A program made the translations under genes and the position numbers. A DNA stretch of 64,000 nt from Candidatus Omnitrophota bacterium. Lineage in GTDB: Bacteria; Omnitrophota; Gorgyraeia; 1-14-0-20-64-10. Where the stretch lies: assembly GCA_023818695.1 (NCBI GenBank), contig JAMWCF010000002.1:66-64065 (forward strand). Direction: 5' to 3'. The notes beneath the pieces are model-generated. The model saw nothing but the letters and a program-made list of their open reading frames with translations. It was not told the origin of the DNA and searched no databases. Of the stretch, positions 21,178 through 29,704 are shown piece by piece. The stretch's first letter is position 1. Every line of letters starts with the position of its first letter.

Positions 21178-21575
21178 TGACCAGGTGCCAGAGGGGGTTG
21201 ACGCTGATCGAGGTGCTGGGGGCGATCGTGCTGATCGCCATCGCGGGGGTGGGATCGCTCCAGGCCCTGGCGGCCATTTCGCGGGCCATCCAGACGGCCG
21301 AAAGCCGGGTGATCGCCTATCAGTTCGCCAGCTCCAAGTTCGGGGATCTGCAGGTCACATTTTTTGAAAAACGCTCTTTCGACATCTCGGAAGAGGGCTC
21401 TTTCCGGCAGGGTGGAATCGAGTATCGCTGGTTTGCCCGGGCCGAAGAGGTTGAAGAGGGTACTTCGTTGGGGCAGCTTTCAGTGGGTGTCGACTGGGGC
21501 GCGGGCAGGGGAGCCGGAAATTACGGGATCACGATGTTTCTCTTGCAGCGGCCGGAGGAGGCGGCGGGGGAGTGA
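21177..21575 (+). CDS. Minor pseudopilin (GspH/GspI-like)
   Basis: The N-terminal prepilin-type motif is QRG/LTLIEVLGAIVLIAIAG. It is 132 aa, and its start overlaps the gspG stop. Confidence 0.65.
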   Translation: MTRCQRGLTLIEVLGAIVLIAIAGVGSLQALAAISRAIQTAESRVIAYQFASSKFGDLQVTFFEKRSFDISEEGSFRQGGIEYRWFARAEEVEEGTSLGQLSVGVDWGAGRGAGNYGITMFLLQRPEEAAGE

Positions 21576-22168
21576 AGCCAAGAACCGGTTTTACGCTGGT
21601 GGAGCTGCTGGTGTCCGTGACGCTGGTCGCCATGATCACCGGCGTCACCGTTTCGATCGTCATGGGGGGATTCAGGGTTTGGGACCGGTGGAGGGAATAT
21701 TCCGGGCGGCATCTGCAGGTCCGTCTGGCGCTGGAGGAGTTCAGCCGAGATCTTCGCAACATGCACCGGTTCCGACCCATCCCCTTGGACGGGCGGTACG
21801 ATCAGATTTCTTTCCCCGCTCTTCTGGAGTTTGACACAAGGGAGGGGAAAAGGGTCCTCGACATAGGCAGGGTCGCTTATTTTTTCAACGACGCCGCGGG
21901 GACGTTATCTCGATCCGAACATTCCTACAGAGGTTTAAGCGGCTCCTCCATTCGCGATGGGGAAAAGATCATTGTGGAAGGGATCGACAGGGTCCGTTTC
22001 TTTTTTTATAAGCCGGAGGCGATGGGCGGGACCGGCTGGACCGATGCCTGGGATGAAAAGGAAGAGAATTTTTCGCCGCAAGCCATCAAGCTGGAGATTG
22101 GGTACACCCCTTATGACAAAAAAGAGATGGTGCAGCAGTCCGTCGTGGTCATTATTCCCACGTCGTGA
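21572..22168 (+). CDS. Minor pseudopilin (GspJ-like)
   Basis: The prepilin-type N-terminus is MKPRTG/FTLVELLVSVTLVAMITG. It is 198 aa, with a GTGA-type overlap with the upstream gene. Confidence 0.65.
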   Translation: MKPRTGFTLVELLVSVTLVAMITGVTVSIVMGGFRVWDRWREYSGRHLQVRLALEEFSRDLRNMHRFRPIPLDGRYDQISFPALLEFDTREGKRVLDIGRVAYFFNDAAGTLSRSEHSYRGLSGSSIRDGEKIIVEGIDRVRFFFYKPEAMGGTGWTDAWDEKEENFSPQAIKLEIGYTPYDKKEMVQQSVVVIIPTS

Positions 22169-23102
22169 GAGCGGTTCAGTCTTCATTCTTGCTGTTTGGG
22201 CGGTCACGCTGTTGAGTTTCATGGCGGTGGCGATCGGCGTGAACGTGGAGGCCATGCTCGGGTTTGTCAGGCGTCTGGAGAAGCAATCCCGGGTTTATTA
22301 CCGGTTAGCCGGGGGGCCGCATTGGGTGCTGATGGTTTTGTCCCAGGATGATACGCCCGGATACGACAGCGCCGAAGAGACGATGTTTCTCCTGAAAGAA
22401 TGGGCTGTGCTGCGGGACCCCGATGTGAAGGTGGAGACGGAGCAGGAGTTTTTGCCGGATGAAGACGGGAAGATCAACCTGAACACGGCGCCGGAGGATG
22501 TCTTGAAGCGTCTCTTCCACCGGGCCGGCGTGGAAGATCCCGCCATGATAACCGATTCGATCATTGACTGGAGAGACGAAGACGACGACGCCCGTCCCTA
22601 TGGGGCTGAAGATTTTTACTATCAGACGCTGCCCGAACCGTACGAATGCAAAGACGAAGCGTTCGAGTCGGTGGAGGAGCTTCTGCTGGTCAGGGGGATG
22701 AGTTTCGATCTCTGGGAAAGGGTGAAGAGTTCCATCACTGTCTATGGTTCGGGAAGCGTGAATATGAACACGGCCAGCGAGGAGACCCTGGCTGTGATGG
22801 GCCTGTCGGAGCCGGCCGTCTCGGCCATTGTCGTTTATAAAGCAGGGGAGGATGACCGCCTGGGGACGCCGGACGACAGAGTTTTCACCTCCACCCAGCA
22901 GATACTCATGGAAATGGACCAAAAGGTTCCGATCGAAGATCAAAATCGGCTGGCCCAGTTTGTCCAGGACGGTTTTCTGGGTGTGACATCGCAAGCGTAC
23001 ATTTTTTCGGCCCGCGGGGAGTTGACGTCCGAGAAAGACAGGAGGTCCCTGTGGGCTGTCGTGGACCGCGCAGGCCGGATCGCGGCCTGGCGGGAGGGAT
23101 AA
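22113..23102 (+). CDS. GspK-like minor pseudopilin
   Basis: The hydrophobic N-terminus RRESGSVFILAVWAVTLLSFMAVAIG is GspK-like (RGSALLxVLW). Two helix-hairpin-helix-like segments are present (INLNTAPEDVLKRLF; VNMNTASEETLAVMGLSEPAVSAIVVYK). I chose the ATG at 22113; the ORF-track start at 21957 would overlap the previous gene by 212 nt. Confidence 0.6.
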   Translation: MTKKRWCSSPSWSLFPRRESGSVFILAVWAVTLLSFMAVAIGVNVEAMLGFVRRLEKQSRVYYRLAGGPHWVLMVLSQDDTPGYDSAEETMFLLKEWAVLRDPDVKVETEQEFLPDEDGKINLNTAPEDVLKRLFHRAGVEDPAMITDSIIDWRDEDDDARPYGAEDFYYQTLPEPYECKDEAFESVEELLLVRGMSFDLWERVKSSITVYGSGSVNMNTASEETLAVMGLSEPAVSAIVVYKAGEDDRLGTPDDRVFTSTQQILMEMDQKVPIEDQNRLAQFVQDGFLGVTSQAYIFSARGELTSEKDRRSLWAVVDRAGRIAAWREG

Positions 23103-23111
23103 AGGCGGCTG

Positions 23112-24662
23112 ATGGAGGATCAGGGAAAAGAGAAAAAGGGGGGCGGTCAAACAGCGGCGGACCGGAAACCGGTTCCGGCCAAACCGGTCCAGCGTTCCTT
23201 GAGGGTTTTGCCGGGCTGCAGGAGCGTCGTTTCCCTGGACAGCCAGTGGTTTAAGCTGGTGTACACCCTGCCGGGGCCGCAGGGACGGGTCATCCACCGC
23301 TTTTTCGCCGAATCGATCACCGGCTTGAGCGACGCCCAGATCGCGAAGCTTCTCGCGGAGAAATTGGGCCGGTCGGCCGGCTTCGATCCCGGCCGAGTCA
23401 CGATCGCCAACCCATCCCAGTTCACCACCATCCGGCTCACCGACCTGCCCTCGGTCGATCCCGCCGAGATTCGGCAGATTGTCGACCTGCAAGCCGAACG
23501 GTACACCCCCTACGCCAAAGAGGAGATACTCGCCGGCTTCAAGATCGTCGGACAGGGGAAAACCGGCTATTCCCATGTCCTGATCGCGATTTCCCACCGG
23601 GACGTCGTCCAGCGGACCGTTTCGGTGCTGGACAGCATCGGATGGATGGCGGTTCATGTTGGGGCCGACCTGGAGGGATTGGTCAACTGGTTCCGCCTGG
23701 TCAAGGCAGGCAAGGGGGCCGGCTTTACGGAAAAGACGGTCGTTCTTGTCGATGTGGATTGGAACAATTCAACGGTGGTGGTTCTTCAGGGAGGGCAGCC
23801 GGTTTTCCACCGCTCCATCGAATGCGGAGCGGCCCACCTGGCCGCCGACGCCGTGGCAGGGACCGCCACCTTGACGGGAGAGCTCCAGCGCTCTCTGGAG
23901 GCCCTGGAGGGGGAGGAAGGGGTTTTGCCCCCTTCCGAAATCGTCTTGAGCGGCCTGGCCGAGCGCCGGCCGGCCCTCCAGACCGATCTCCAGCGGGATC
24001 TCAAACTGCCGGTGACCATCGTCAGCACCTTTTCCAAGCCGATTCCGATCCATGGCAGCGCCGCTTCCCAGCCAAACACGGCCCGCGTTTCCTTCTCCGG
24101 GCTGATCGGTTTGGCTCTGGGGTCGACCGACGTTGATTTGACGCCGCAGCCGGTCAAACTGCGTCTGGCGTTCGAAAGCCGATCGCGGGCTCTGGTCATG
24201 CTGGGCGGTCAGCTGGTTGTGCTCCTGCTGCTGCTGACCTGCTGGGGGCTGGAAAAGATGATCAAGGTGGAGCGCTACGCCGCGAGGATCGAACGCCAGG
24301 AGCTCGCTATTCGGGCCAATGCCCGCGGTCTGGCCAAGGCCCTGGACCAGATCGGCGTCGTTCAAGACCGTCTCACGATGAGGGGCAAGCTGCTCGAGGT
24401 CACCTCCGCGGTGACGAAGGTTCTGCCGCCGGAAATCCGCCTGGAGTCGATCGCGTTCACAGCGAACGAAAGCGTCATTCTGAAAGGGGTCTCCTCGGAG
24501 CTTCCTAAGGTTTACGAATTGACGAACGGTTTGGGCAAGCTGCCTGATTTTTCAAGCGTGACGGCCAGGCGGACCGCCAAACGCAGGGAAGGAGAGCAGA
24601 GCGTGACCGATTTCGAGATCGAGTGCCTGCTGAACGTTCCTGGGAAGGGGGCGTCGCCGTGA
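23112..24662 (+). CDS. PilM-like actin-fold domain fused to a TM helix and PilN-like periplasmic segment (GspL-like architecture)
   Basis: 516 aa. The cytoplasmic PilM-like half includes VVLVDVDWNNSTVVVLQGGQPVFHRSIECGAAHL. It is followed by a TM helix (ALVMLGGQLVVLLLLLTCWGL), a coiled segment and a small C-terminal alpha/beta domain. Confidence 0.6.
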   Translation: MEDQGKEKKGGGQTAADRKPVPAKPVQRSLRVLPGCRSVVSLDSQWFKLVYTLPGPQGRVIHRFFAESITGLSDAQIAKLLAEKLGRSAGFDPGRVTIANPSQFTTIRLTDLPSVDPAEIRQIVDLQAERYTPYAKEEILAGFKIVGQGKTGYSHVLIAISHRDVVQRTVSVLDSIGWMAVHVGADLEGLVNWFRLVKAGKGAGFTEKTVVLVDVDWNNSTVVVLQGGQPVFHRSIECGAAHLAADAVAGTATLTGELQRSLEALEGEEGVLPPSEIVLSGLAERRPALQTDLQRDLKLPVTIVSTFSKPIPIHGSAASQPNTARVSFSGLIGLALGSTDVDLTPQPVKLRLAFESRSRALVMLGGQLVVLLLLLTCWGLEKMIKVERYAARIERQELAIRANARGLAKALDQIGVVQDRLTMRGKLLEVTSAVTKVLPPEIRLESIAFTANESVILKGVSSELPKVYELTNGLGKLPDFSSVTARRTAKRREGEQSVTDFEIECLLNVPGKGASP

Positions 24663-25213
24663 AAAAGCTGAAATTTTCCATCCCGAAGATCAAATGGGGA
24701 CGCCGGGAAAAAATCCTGGGAACGGCGTGCGCCGCGATGATCTCCCTTGTTTTTATGGACCGCTTGGCAATCACCCCCTGGTTGCAGCGGATGGAATACC
24801 TCCGGGAGAACCTGGATTCCCTGGAGCAGACCCTGCTGACGGAGCAGCGGCTTTTGGCCAGGGAAAAGATGGTGCGCGACCATCTGGAACGGTTCAAAAA
24901 GTATCTCGTTCCGGTTTCAGACCCGGGCCTTCAGATGGCCACCTTCCTGAAGGAGATACAGAAGCTGGCGGATGAGCATCAGATCGCTTCGCTGGAGATC
25001 AAGCCGCAGGAGGGGGAGGTCAACGATCTGTTCCAGATTTACATCTTTGATCTGCAGGGAGAGGGAGATTTCCGGCAGTGGATTCGCTTCGTCCATGCGA
25101 TCGAATCCTCCCCGTCCCTCTTCCAGGTGGAACGGGCCAGGGTGGGCGTGAAAGAAAAACAGGAGGGGGTCCTAGACATCACCCTGCGCCTGACAGCCAT
25201 CTCCTTCAGGTAG
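24659..25213 (+). CDS. GspM/PilO-like bitopic assembly protein
   Basis: The GTG at 24659 overlaps the upstream stop (GTGA). It has one TM helix (ILGTACAAMISLVFM), a coiled coil and a small C-terminal domain. The call rests on size, topology and position only. Confidence 0.45.
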   Translation: MKKLKFSIPKIKWGRREKILGTACAAMISLVFMDRLAITPWLQRMEYLRENLDSLEQTLLTEQRLLAREKMVRDHLERFKKYLVPVSDPGLQMATFLKEIQKLADEHQIASLEIKPQEGEVNDLFQIYIFDLQGEGDFRQWIRFVHAIESSPSLFQVERARVGVKEKQEGVLDITLRLTAISFR

Positions 25214-25222
25214 CTCAAGAGT

Positions 25223-25876
25223 TTAAAGCCAGCCGCGGCGGTTTAAATCCGCCTCGATGTCGTGGAAGGTGGCGTAGGCAACCGCCGGAATTTTTTGCGT
25301 TGCGCACCAGGCCGCCAGTTCATCCTTCGCGAAGGTCAACCCCGCCACTTCGGCGGCGCAACGGTCGGTGACGCCGTTACCCACAAAGACGGTGAAATAT
25401 CCCTGTTCTTTCCACGCTTTGACGGCGTCCGCTTTGCAGTGGCCGCAGTTGTCGCAGGCGGCCGACGGGTGGGGGTATTCCACACGCCACGACCCATTGT
25501 CGCGGACCAGCCGGTTTGCCAGGTACGGAACAGGCCACAGGCCGTGCCGCTGCATGACCGTTTCGACGCAGAGGTCGAATCCACCGCTCAAGAGGACGAC
25601 CGGAATGCCGCTGTTTCTCATCCGGCTGAAGAACGGGGGGAACCCGGCGTCTAGGGCCACCCGTTCGCTCAACAGGTTTTTCAGTTGATGAAGATCCGCC
25701 CGGACGGAGCTCATCTCCTGCCGGAGACCTTCCCGGATCGACAAGGTTCCCGCGACGACCTGATCCTGGACGGATCGCCAGGAGGCGGAACCGTACCTGT
25801 CCAGGATCTCCACGAGGGTATCCTGCTTCGTCACGGTGCCGTCAAAATCGCATGCGATCAAAAGCGGCTGCTTCAT
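25223..25876 (-). CDS. HAD-IB phosphatase, MtnX-like (2-hydroxy-3-keto-5-methylthiopentenyl-1-phosphate phosphatase family)
   Basis: 217 aa. Motif I is IACDFDGTVT, then TLSIREG, LLSGGFD, a Cys cluster (CDNCGHCK) and motif IV (VGNGVTDRCAA...FAKDEL). From memory, this architecture parallels Bacillus MtnX. AAGGAG lies 6 nt upstream of the ATG. Confidence 0.7.
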   Translation of the reverse strand: MKQPLLIACDFDGTVTKQDTLVEILDRYGSASWRSVQDQVVAGTLSIREGLRQEMSSVRADLHQLKNLLSERVALDAGFPPFFSRMRNSGIPVVLLSGGFDLCVETVMQRHGLWPVPYLANRLVRDNGSWRVEYPHPSAACDNCGHCKADAVKAWKEQGYFTVFVGNGVTDRCAAEVAGLTFAKDELAAWCATQKIPAVAYATFHDIEADLNRRGWL

Positions 25877-25902
25877 GTTCTCCTTGCATTCACAAGGTGG
25901 TT

Positions 25903-25932
25903 ATTATCCCGGCCGACACAATCTCTTGTCAA
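25903..25932 (-). promoter_or_regulatory. Candidate sigma70-like promoter for the HAD phosphatase gene
   Basis: On the minus strand there is TTGACA (25932-25927), an 18-nt spacer and GATAAT (25908-25903). This sits ~27 nt upstream of the ATG with an AAGGAG RBS in between. Confidence 0.35.
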
Positions 25933-25999
25933 TCCTTTCCTGCCCATGCGAGGGGGTCCATATGCAGTACGAGTCCCGCCATTCGTCCGGCGGCCGGAG

Positions 26000-26087
26000 T
26001 TCGCAGATACGCTCGGCTGGCCCGGCGTGCCCGCTCTCTCGAAGAACGGTCCGCGGCGGGACACCCCGAAGCAGGGGTGGCACCGTT
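26000..26087. repeat. Copy 2 (compact form) of the bipartite GC-rich intergenic element
   Basis: ttcgcagatacgctcggctggcccggcgtgcc (26000-26031) and gaacggtccgcggcgggacaccccgaagcaggggtggcaccgtt (26044-26087) are separated by only 12 nt. The element contains the hairpin CACCCC-GAAGCA-GGGGTG. It lies between two divergent candidate promoters. Confidence 0.6.
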
Positions 26088-26100
26088 GCGGTTGCGGAAA

Positions 26101-26129
26101 TTGACCCGCTACCCTGGGGATGGTAGACT
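26101..26129 (+). promoter_or_regulatory. Candidate sigma70-like promoter for the sugar ABC transporter operon
   Basis: TTGACC (26101-26106), a 17-nt spacer and TAGACT (26124-26129). AAGGAG at 26153-26158 precedes the TTG start at 26166. Confidence 0.35.
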
Positions 26130-26165
26130 AAATGCCTTCCGACGTTTATTGCCAAGGAGTGAAGG

Positions 26166-28412
26166 TTGATACGACTTCGAAACAGCTTCCGAAAACTCTT
26201 TATCCTGTCTGTTTTATCCGCTTTTCTTATCTTCTTTTCGCCCCTGCTCTATCCTTCGCCTGCTTTTTCAGAGGTCACCATCGATTTCTGGGAGTTTGTC
26301 GTCGGCGAAGAGCTGATGCGCTCTCTCCTGGACAAGTTCGAGCGGCAGAACCCGGGGATCAAGGTCCGATTCCAGCAGCTTTCATGGGACTACGGATTGA
26401 ACAAACTCATCACCGCCATCGCGGCGGGCAACGCCCCCGATCTCGTGGAGCTTGGGACCGACTGGGTGCCCCAGTTCTCCTCCTCGGGGATTTTACGGGA
26501 CATCACAGAGAAGGTGGAGCCGATCCGGGATCAATATCTCCTGTGGGATCCGGTCACCTACAAGGGGCGGGTTTATGGCATTCCTTGGCTGGCCGGCACG
26601 CGGATCCTTTTCTACAACCGAGCTCTTTTCGCCAAAGCGGGTCTGAATCCGGACAGGCCCCCCGCTACCTGGGAGGAGCTTCTGCACGCCGTCAAGGCGG
26701 TGGATGCCTTGGGGCCGGAGATCTACGGGTTCGGCATCCATGTGGCGGAGCCATATGCTCCCTGGCAGCAATTCCTGCCTTTTGCCTGGGGCAACGGGGC
26801 CGATGTGCTGGATAAGGAGTGGACCCGTCCGCTTCTGGACGAACCGCCGATGGTGGAGGCGCTGAACTTCTACGCTTCCCTAAAGCCGTACTCCCTGGTG
26901 GATCGCCAGTCCCAGGTCAACCAACTTTTCGCCGAGGGCAAGGTCGGCGTTCAGATCTCCGGTTCCTGGAACTTCGCTCTGATCCCCCGCATGAACCCGA
27001 CCCTCAATTTCGGCATCGGCCTGCTTCCAAAGCCGGCCGCCAACAAAGGGACCCCGGCCTCTTTTGCCGGCGGCGAGATGTTGGTGATTCTCAAGCAGTC
27101 CCGTCATCCGGAGGAGGCCTTAAAGCTGGCCCTCTTCCTGATCCAGGAGGAGCAGGCGATGGCGATCGTCGAGGCCCAGCGCAATATCGTTCCAACGACC
27201 AAATCGGCGATCCAGCATCCCTATTACCAGACCCATCCCGAACAACGGGTCATGTTTGAACAGGCCCGTTTCGCCGTTGCCCCCCCGGCCCATCCGAACT
27301 GGGTGAAGATGGAGGAAAAGATTACCCGGATGATCGAAGAGGTGATTCTGAACAACCGGCCCCCCGAGAAGGTCTTAAAGGAAACGGCGGCGCAGATCAC
27401 TCCGCTTCTGTCCCCAGAGGAAATACGAGGAACGGTCAGCGACATCGTTGTTTTCGGCGGGGTCCTGCTCTGCTTCGCCGGGGCTGGGGTCGTCTCCTGC
27501 GTCCTGCGGCGCCGCAAGGGCCCCGCGAAGCGGGTGAAGCACAGCTTTTACAGTCTTTCCACCAGCGCCATATTCCTCGCCCCATGGCTCATCACCTTCC
27601 TCTGCTTCAGTCTGGTCCCCCTTCTGCACTCATTGGTCTTGAGTTTCTGCAGGTACAACCTCTTGAGTTCCGACATAACGTTCGTCGGATTGAGGAATTT
27701 TTGGGATGTCATTCGGGACAAAGAATTTCGGGACGCGCTGGGACACACGATCTTTTTCGCGGTCGGGACGATTCCGTTCACGATGATGCTGGCGCTGTTC
27801 GCCGCGGTGCTGATCAACACGAAGATCCCGTTCAAGCGGCTTTACCAGGCCGGGCTGTTTTTGCCGGTGGCGACCTCCGTGATCGTCATCTCGATGATCT
27901 TCACCTACCTGTACGCCCCGGACGGCCTCATCAACAAGGCGCTGGAGATGCTGCACCTGCCGGTCCCCTCGCCCAGCTGGCTGCTCAACACGCAGCTGGC
28001 GCTTCCTGCCATCATGATCATGAACATCTGGTCCAGCTTCGGCTATTACATGGTCCTGTTCCTGGCTGGCCTGCAGACGATTCCGGTGGAGCTTTACGAG
28101 GCCGCCTCCATCGACGGGGCCAACGAATGGGAAAAGTTCAGGCACATCACGCTGCCGCAGCTGCGCCCCATCATCCTGCTGGCGACCGTCATCAACACGA
28201 TCCACACCTTCCAGGTTTTTCCAGAGATCTTCGCCATGACCCAGGGCGGGCCCTTGGGGGCCACCACTACCGTTGTCTGGTATCTTTACCAGGCCGGTTT
28301 TTCCAGGTTTGAAATGGGCAAGGCGGCGGCGGTCGGGTACATGCTCTTCCTGATCACCATGTGCTTTTCCTGGGTCCAGATGCGGATGTTCAAGTATGAG
28401 GAGCCGACCTGA
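26166..28412 (+). CDS. Fusion of an ABC sugar-binding protein (family-1 SBP) with a MalF/UgpA-type permease
   Basis: 748 aa.
- Signal peptide, then an SBP-like half (ITIDFWEFVVGEE...KFERQNPGIKVRFQQLSWDYGLNKLITAIAAGNAPDLVELGTDWVPQF).
- A TM linker (IVVFGGVLLCFAGAGVVSCVL).
- A six-helix permease half with the EAA loop EAASIDGANEWEKFRHITLPQLRP. Confidence 0.8.
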   Translation: MIRLRNSFRKLFILSVLSAFLIFFSPLLYPSPAFSEVTIDFWEFVVGEELMRSLLDKFERQNPGIKVRFQQLSWDYGLNKLITAIAAGNAPDLVELGTDWVPQFSSSGILRDITEKVEPIRDQYLLWDPVTYKGRVYGIPWLAGTRILFYNRALFAKAGLNPDRPPATWEELLHAVKAVDALGPEIYGFGIHVAEPYAPWQQFLPFAWGNGADVLDKEWTRPLLDEPPMVEALNFYASLKPYSLVDRQSQVNQLFAEGKVGVQISGSWNFALIPRMNPTLNFGIGLLPKPAANKGTPASFAGGEMLVILKQSRHPEEALKLALFLIQEEQAMAIVEAQRNIVPTTKSAIQHPYYQTHPEQRVMFEQARFAVAPPAHPNWVKMEEKITRMIEEVILNNRPPEKVLKETAAQITPLLSPEEIRGTVSDIVVFGGVLLCFAGAGVVSCVLRRRKGPAKRVKHSFYSLSTSAIFLAPWLITFLCFSLVPLLHSLVLSFCRYNLLSSDITFVGLRNFWDVIRDKEFRDALGHTIFFAVGTIPFTMMLALFAAVLINTKIPFKRLYQAGLFLPVATSVIVISMIFTYLYAPDGLINKALEMLHLPVPSPSWLLNTQLALPAIMIMNIWSSFGYYMVLFLAGLQTIPVELYEAASIDGANEWEKFRHITLPQLRPIILLATVINTIHTFQVFPEIFAMTQGGPLGATTTVVWYLYQAGFSRFEMGKAAAVGYMLFLITMCFSWVQMRMFKYEEPT

Positions 28413-29704
28413 TGCGTGAACGGCTGGCGATCCTGGCGGCGGTCAGCGTGCTGACCGTCATGCTGGCGATGACGCTCGCCCCGCTGGTGCTGATGTTTTA
28501 CACCTCGGTCAAGCCGACCGGCACCCTGTTCCAGCGTTCGGAGGAGATCCTGGTGGCCGATTTCGAAGTTGGCCAGCTCAACTCGATCGGCGGGCCTTTT
28601 GCCGTGACGGCGCAGGGGACGTCCAAGGTGGAGATGGCTTTCCTGCCGCCGGAACCGGTCGTCCGGCAGAACAGAAGGTTGAGCATCCGTTATGAGAAGG
28701 GGGATGGCCCGGCCCGCTGGTCCACCCGAATCTCGCAGGACATGAGAAAATTTTCCTTCCTGGAGTTCAGCGCGAAGGGGGAGGTCGGCGGGGAGAGCTT
28801 TACCATCGAGCTGGCCGACATCAAGGGCCGAAGCACCGGGCTGGGGCTGCAGAAATTCCTGCGGGGCGGGCTGAAAACCTCCTGGGAGACGATCCGGATT
28901 CCGGTGGAGGCCTTCAACCTGACGGTTTTGACCCCCAGCTTGCCGGAGAGCCAGGCGGAGGACCTGGTCTTCAGTTTCGACGAAGGGGCCGGCACCTTCT
29001 ACGTGGACGACGTGAAGCTGATTTTCAAGAAGTGGACCTACAACAATTATTGGGACGTCCTGATCAGCGGGCCGTTTGGCCGGTACTCCTGGAACTCCTT
29101 CTTCATCGCCATCGCCGTGACCTTCGGGAACCTCCTTTTTTCCACCATGGTGGGGTACGCCTTCGCCAGGCGGGAGTTCCCCTTCAAGAAGCTGATGTTC
29201 TTCATGATCGTGGGGTCCATCGCCATCCCGCCGCAGGTCCTGATGGTGCCGGTTTTCATCCTGATGAAGCACCTGGGGTGGCTGAACACCTACTGGGCCC
29301 TGATCGTCCCAAACCTGGTGGCCCCCTTCAACATCTTCCTGATGCGGCAGTACATCTCGAAGCTGCCGCTGGCTGTGGAAGAGGCGGCCCGCATCGACGG
29401 GGCTTCGGAATACCAGATCTTCACGCGGGTGATCATTCCGCTTTCCCAGCCGGCTCTGGCCGTGGTGGGGATCAATACCTTCATGGGGTCTTGGAACACC
29501 TTCCTTTATCCCTTCCTGTTGACCAACACGGTCGAGATGCGGACCCTGCCGGTCGGTCTGGCCCTCTACAAATCCCTGCACGGGGTCGATTGGGTCCACC
29601 TGATGGCCGGCTCCGCGATCACAGCCCTGCCTGTCATCGTCGTCTTCCTCTGTTTCCAGCGCTACATCATCGAAGGGTTGACCCGGGGTTCCACGGTTGG
29701 CTAA
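28412..29704 (+). CDS. MalG/UgpE-type ABC sugar permease with a ~170-aa extracytoplasmic insert after TM1
   Basis: 430 aa. TM1 (LAILAAVSVLTVMLAMTLAPLVLMF) is followed by a soluble beta-rich insert (aa ~30-205) ending GTFYVDDVKLIF, which looks like a carbohydrate-binding-module-like strand pattern. The permease core follows, with the EAA loop EEAARIDGASEYQIFTRVIIPLSQPAL. Confidence 0.8.
   Translation: MRERLAILAAVSVLTVMLAMTLAPLVLMFYTSVKPTGTLFQRSEEILVADFEVGQLNSIGGPFAVTAQGTSKVEMAFLPPEPVVRQNRRLSIRYEKGDGPARWSTRISQDMRKFSFLEFSAKGEVGGESFTIELADIKGRSTGLGLQKFLRGGLKTSWETIRIPVEAFNLTVLTPSLPESQAEDLVFSFDEGAGTFYVDDVKLIFKKWTYNNYWDVLISGPFGRYSWNSFFIAIAVTFGNLLFSTMVGYAFARREFPFKKLMFFMIVGSIAIPPQVLMVPVFILMKHLGWLNTYWALIVPNLVAPFNIFLMRQYISKLPLAVEEAARIDGASEYQIFTRVIIPLSQPALAVVGINTFMGSWNTFLYPFLLTNTVEMRTLPVGLALYKSLHGVDWVHLMAGSAITALPVIVVFLCFQRYIIEGLTRGSTVG

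Noticed and set aside
25262-26169. Short + strand and minus-strand ORFs overlapping the HAD gene and the 25880-26165 intergenic region.
   Set aside because: Those over 25223-25876 are shadows of the well-supported HAD gene. Those over the intergenic element are Arg/Pro/Gly-rich, mutually overlapping and coincide with the conserved non-coding repeat.
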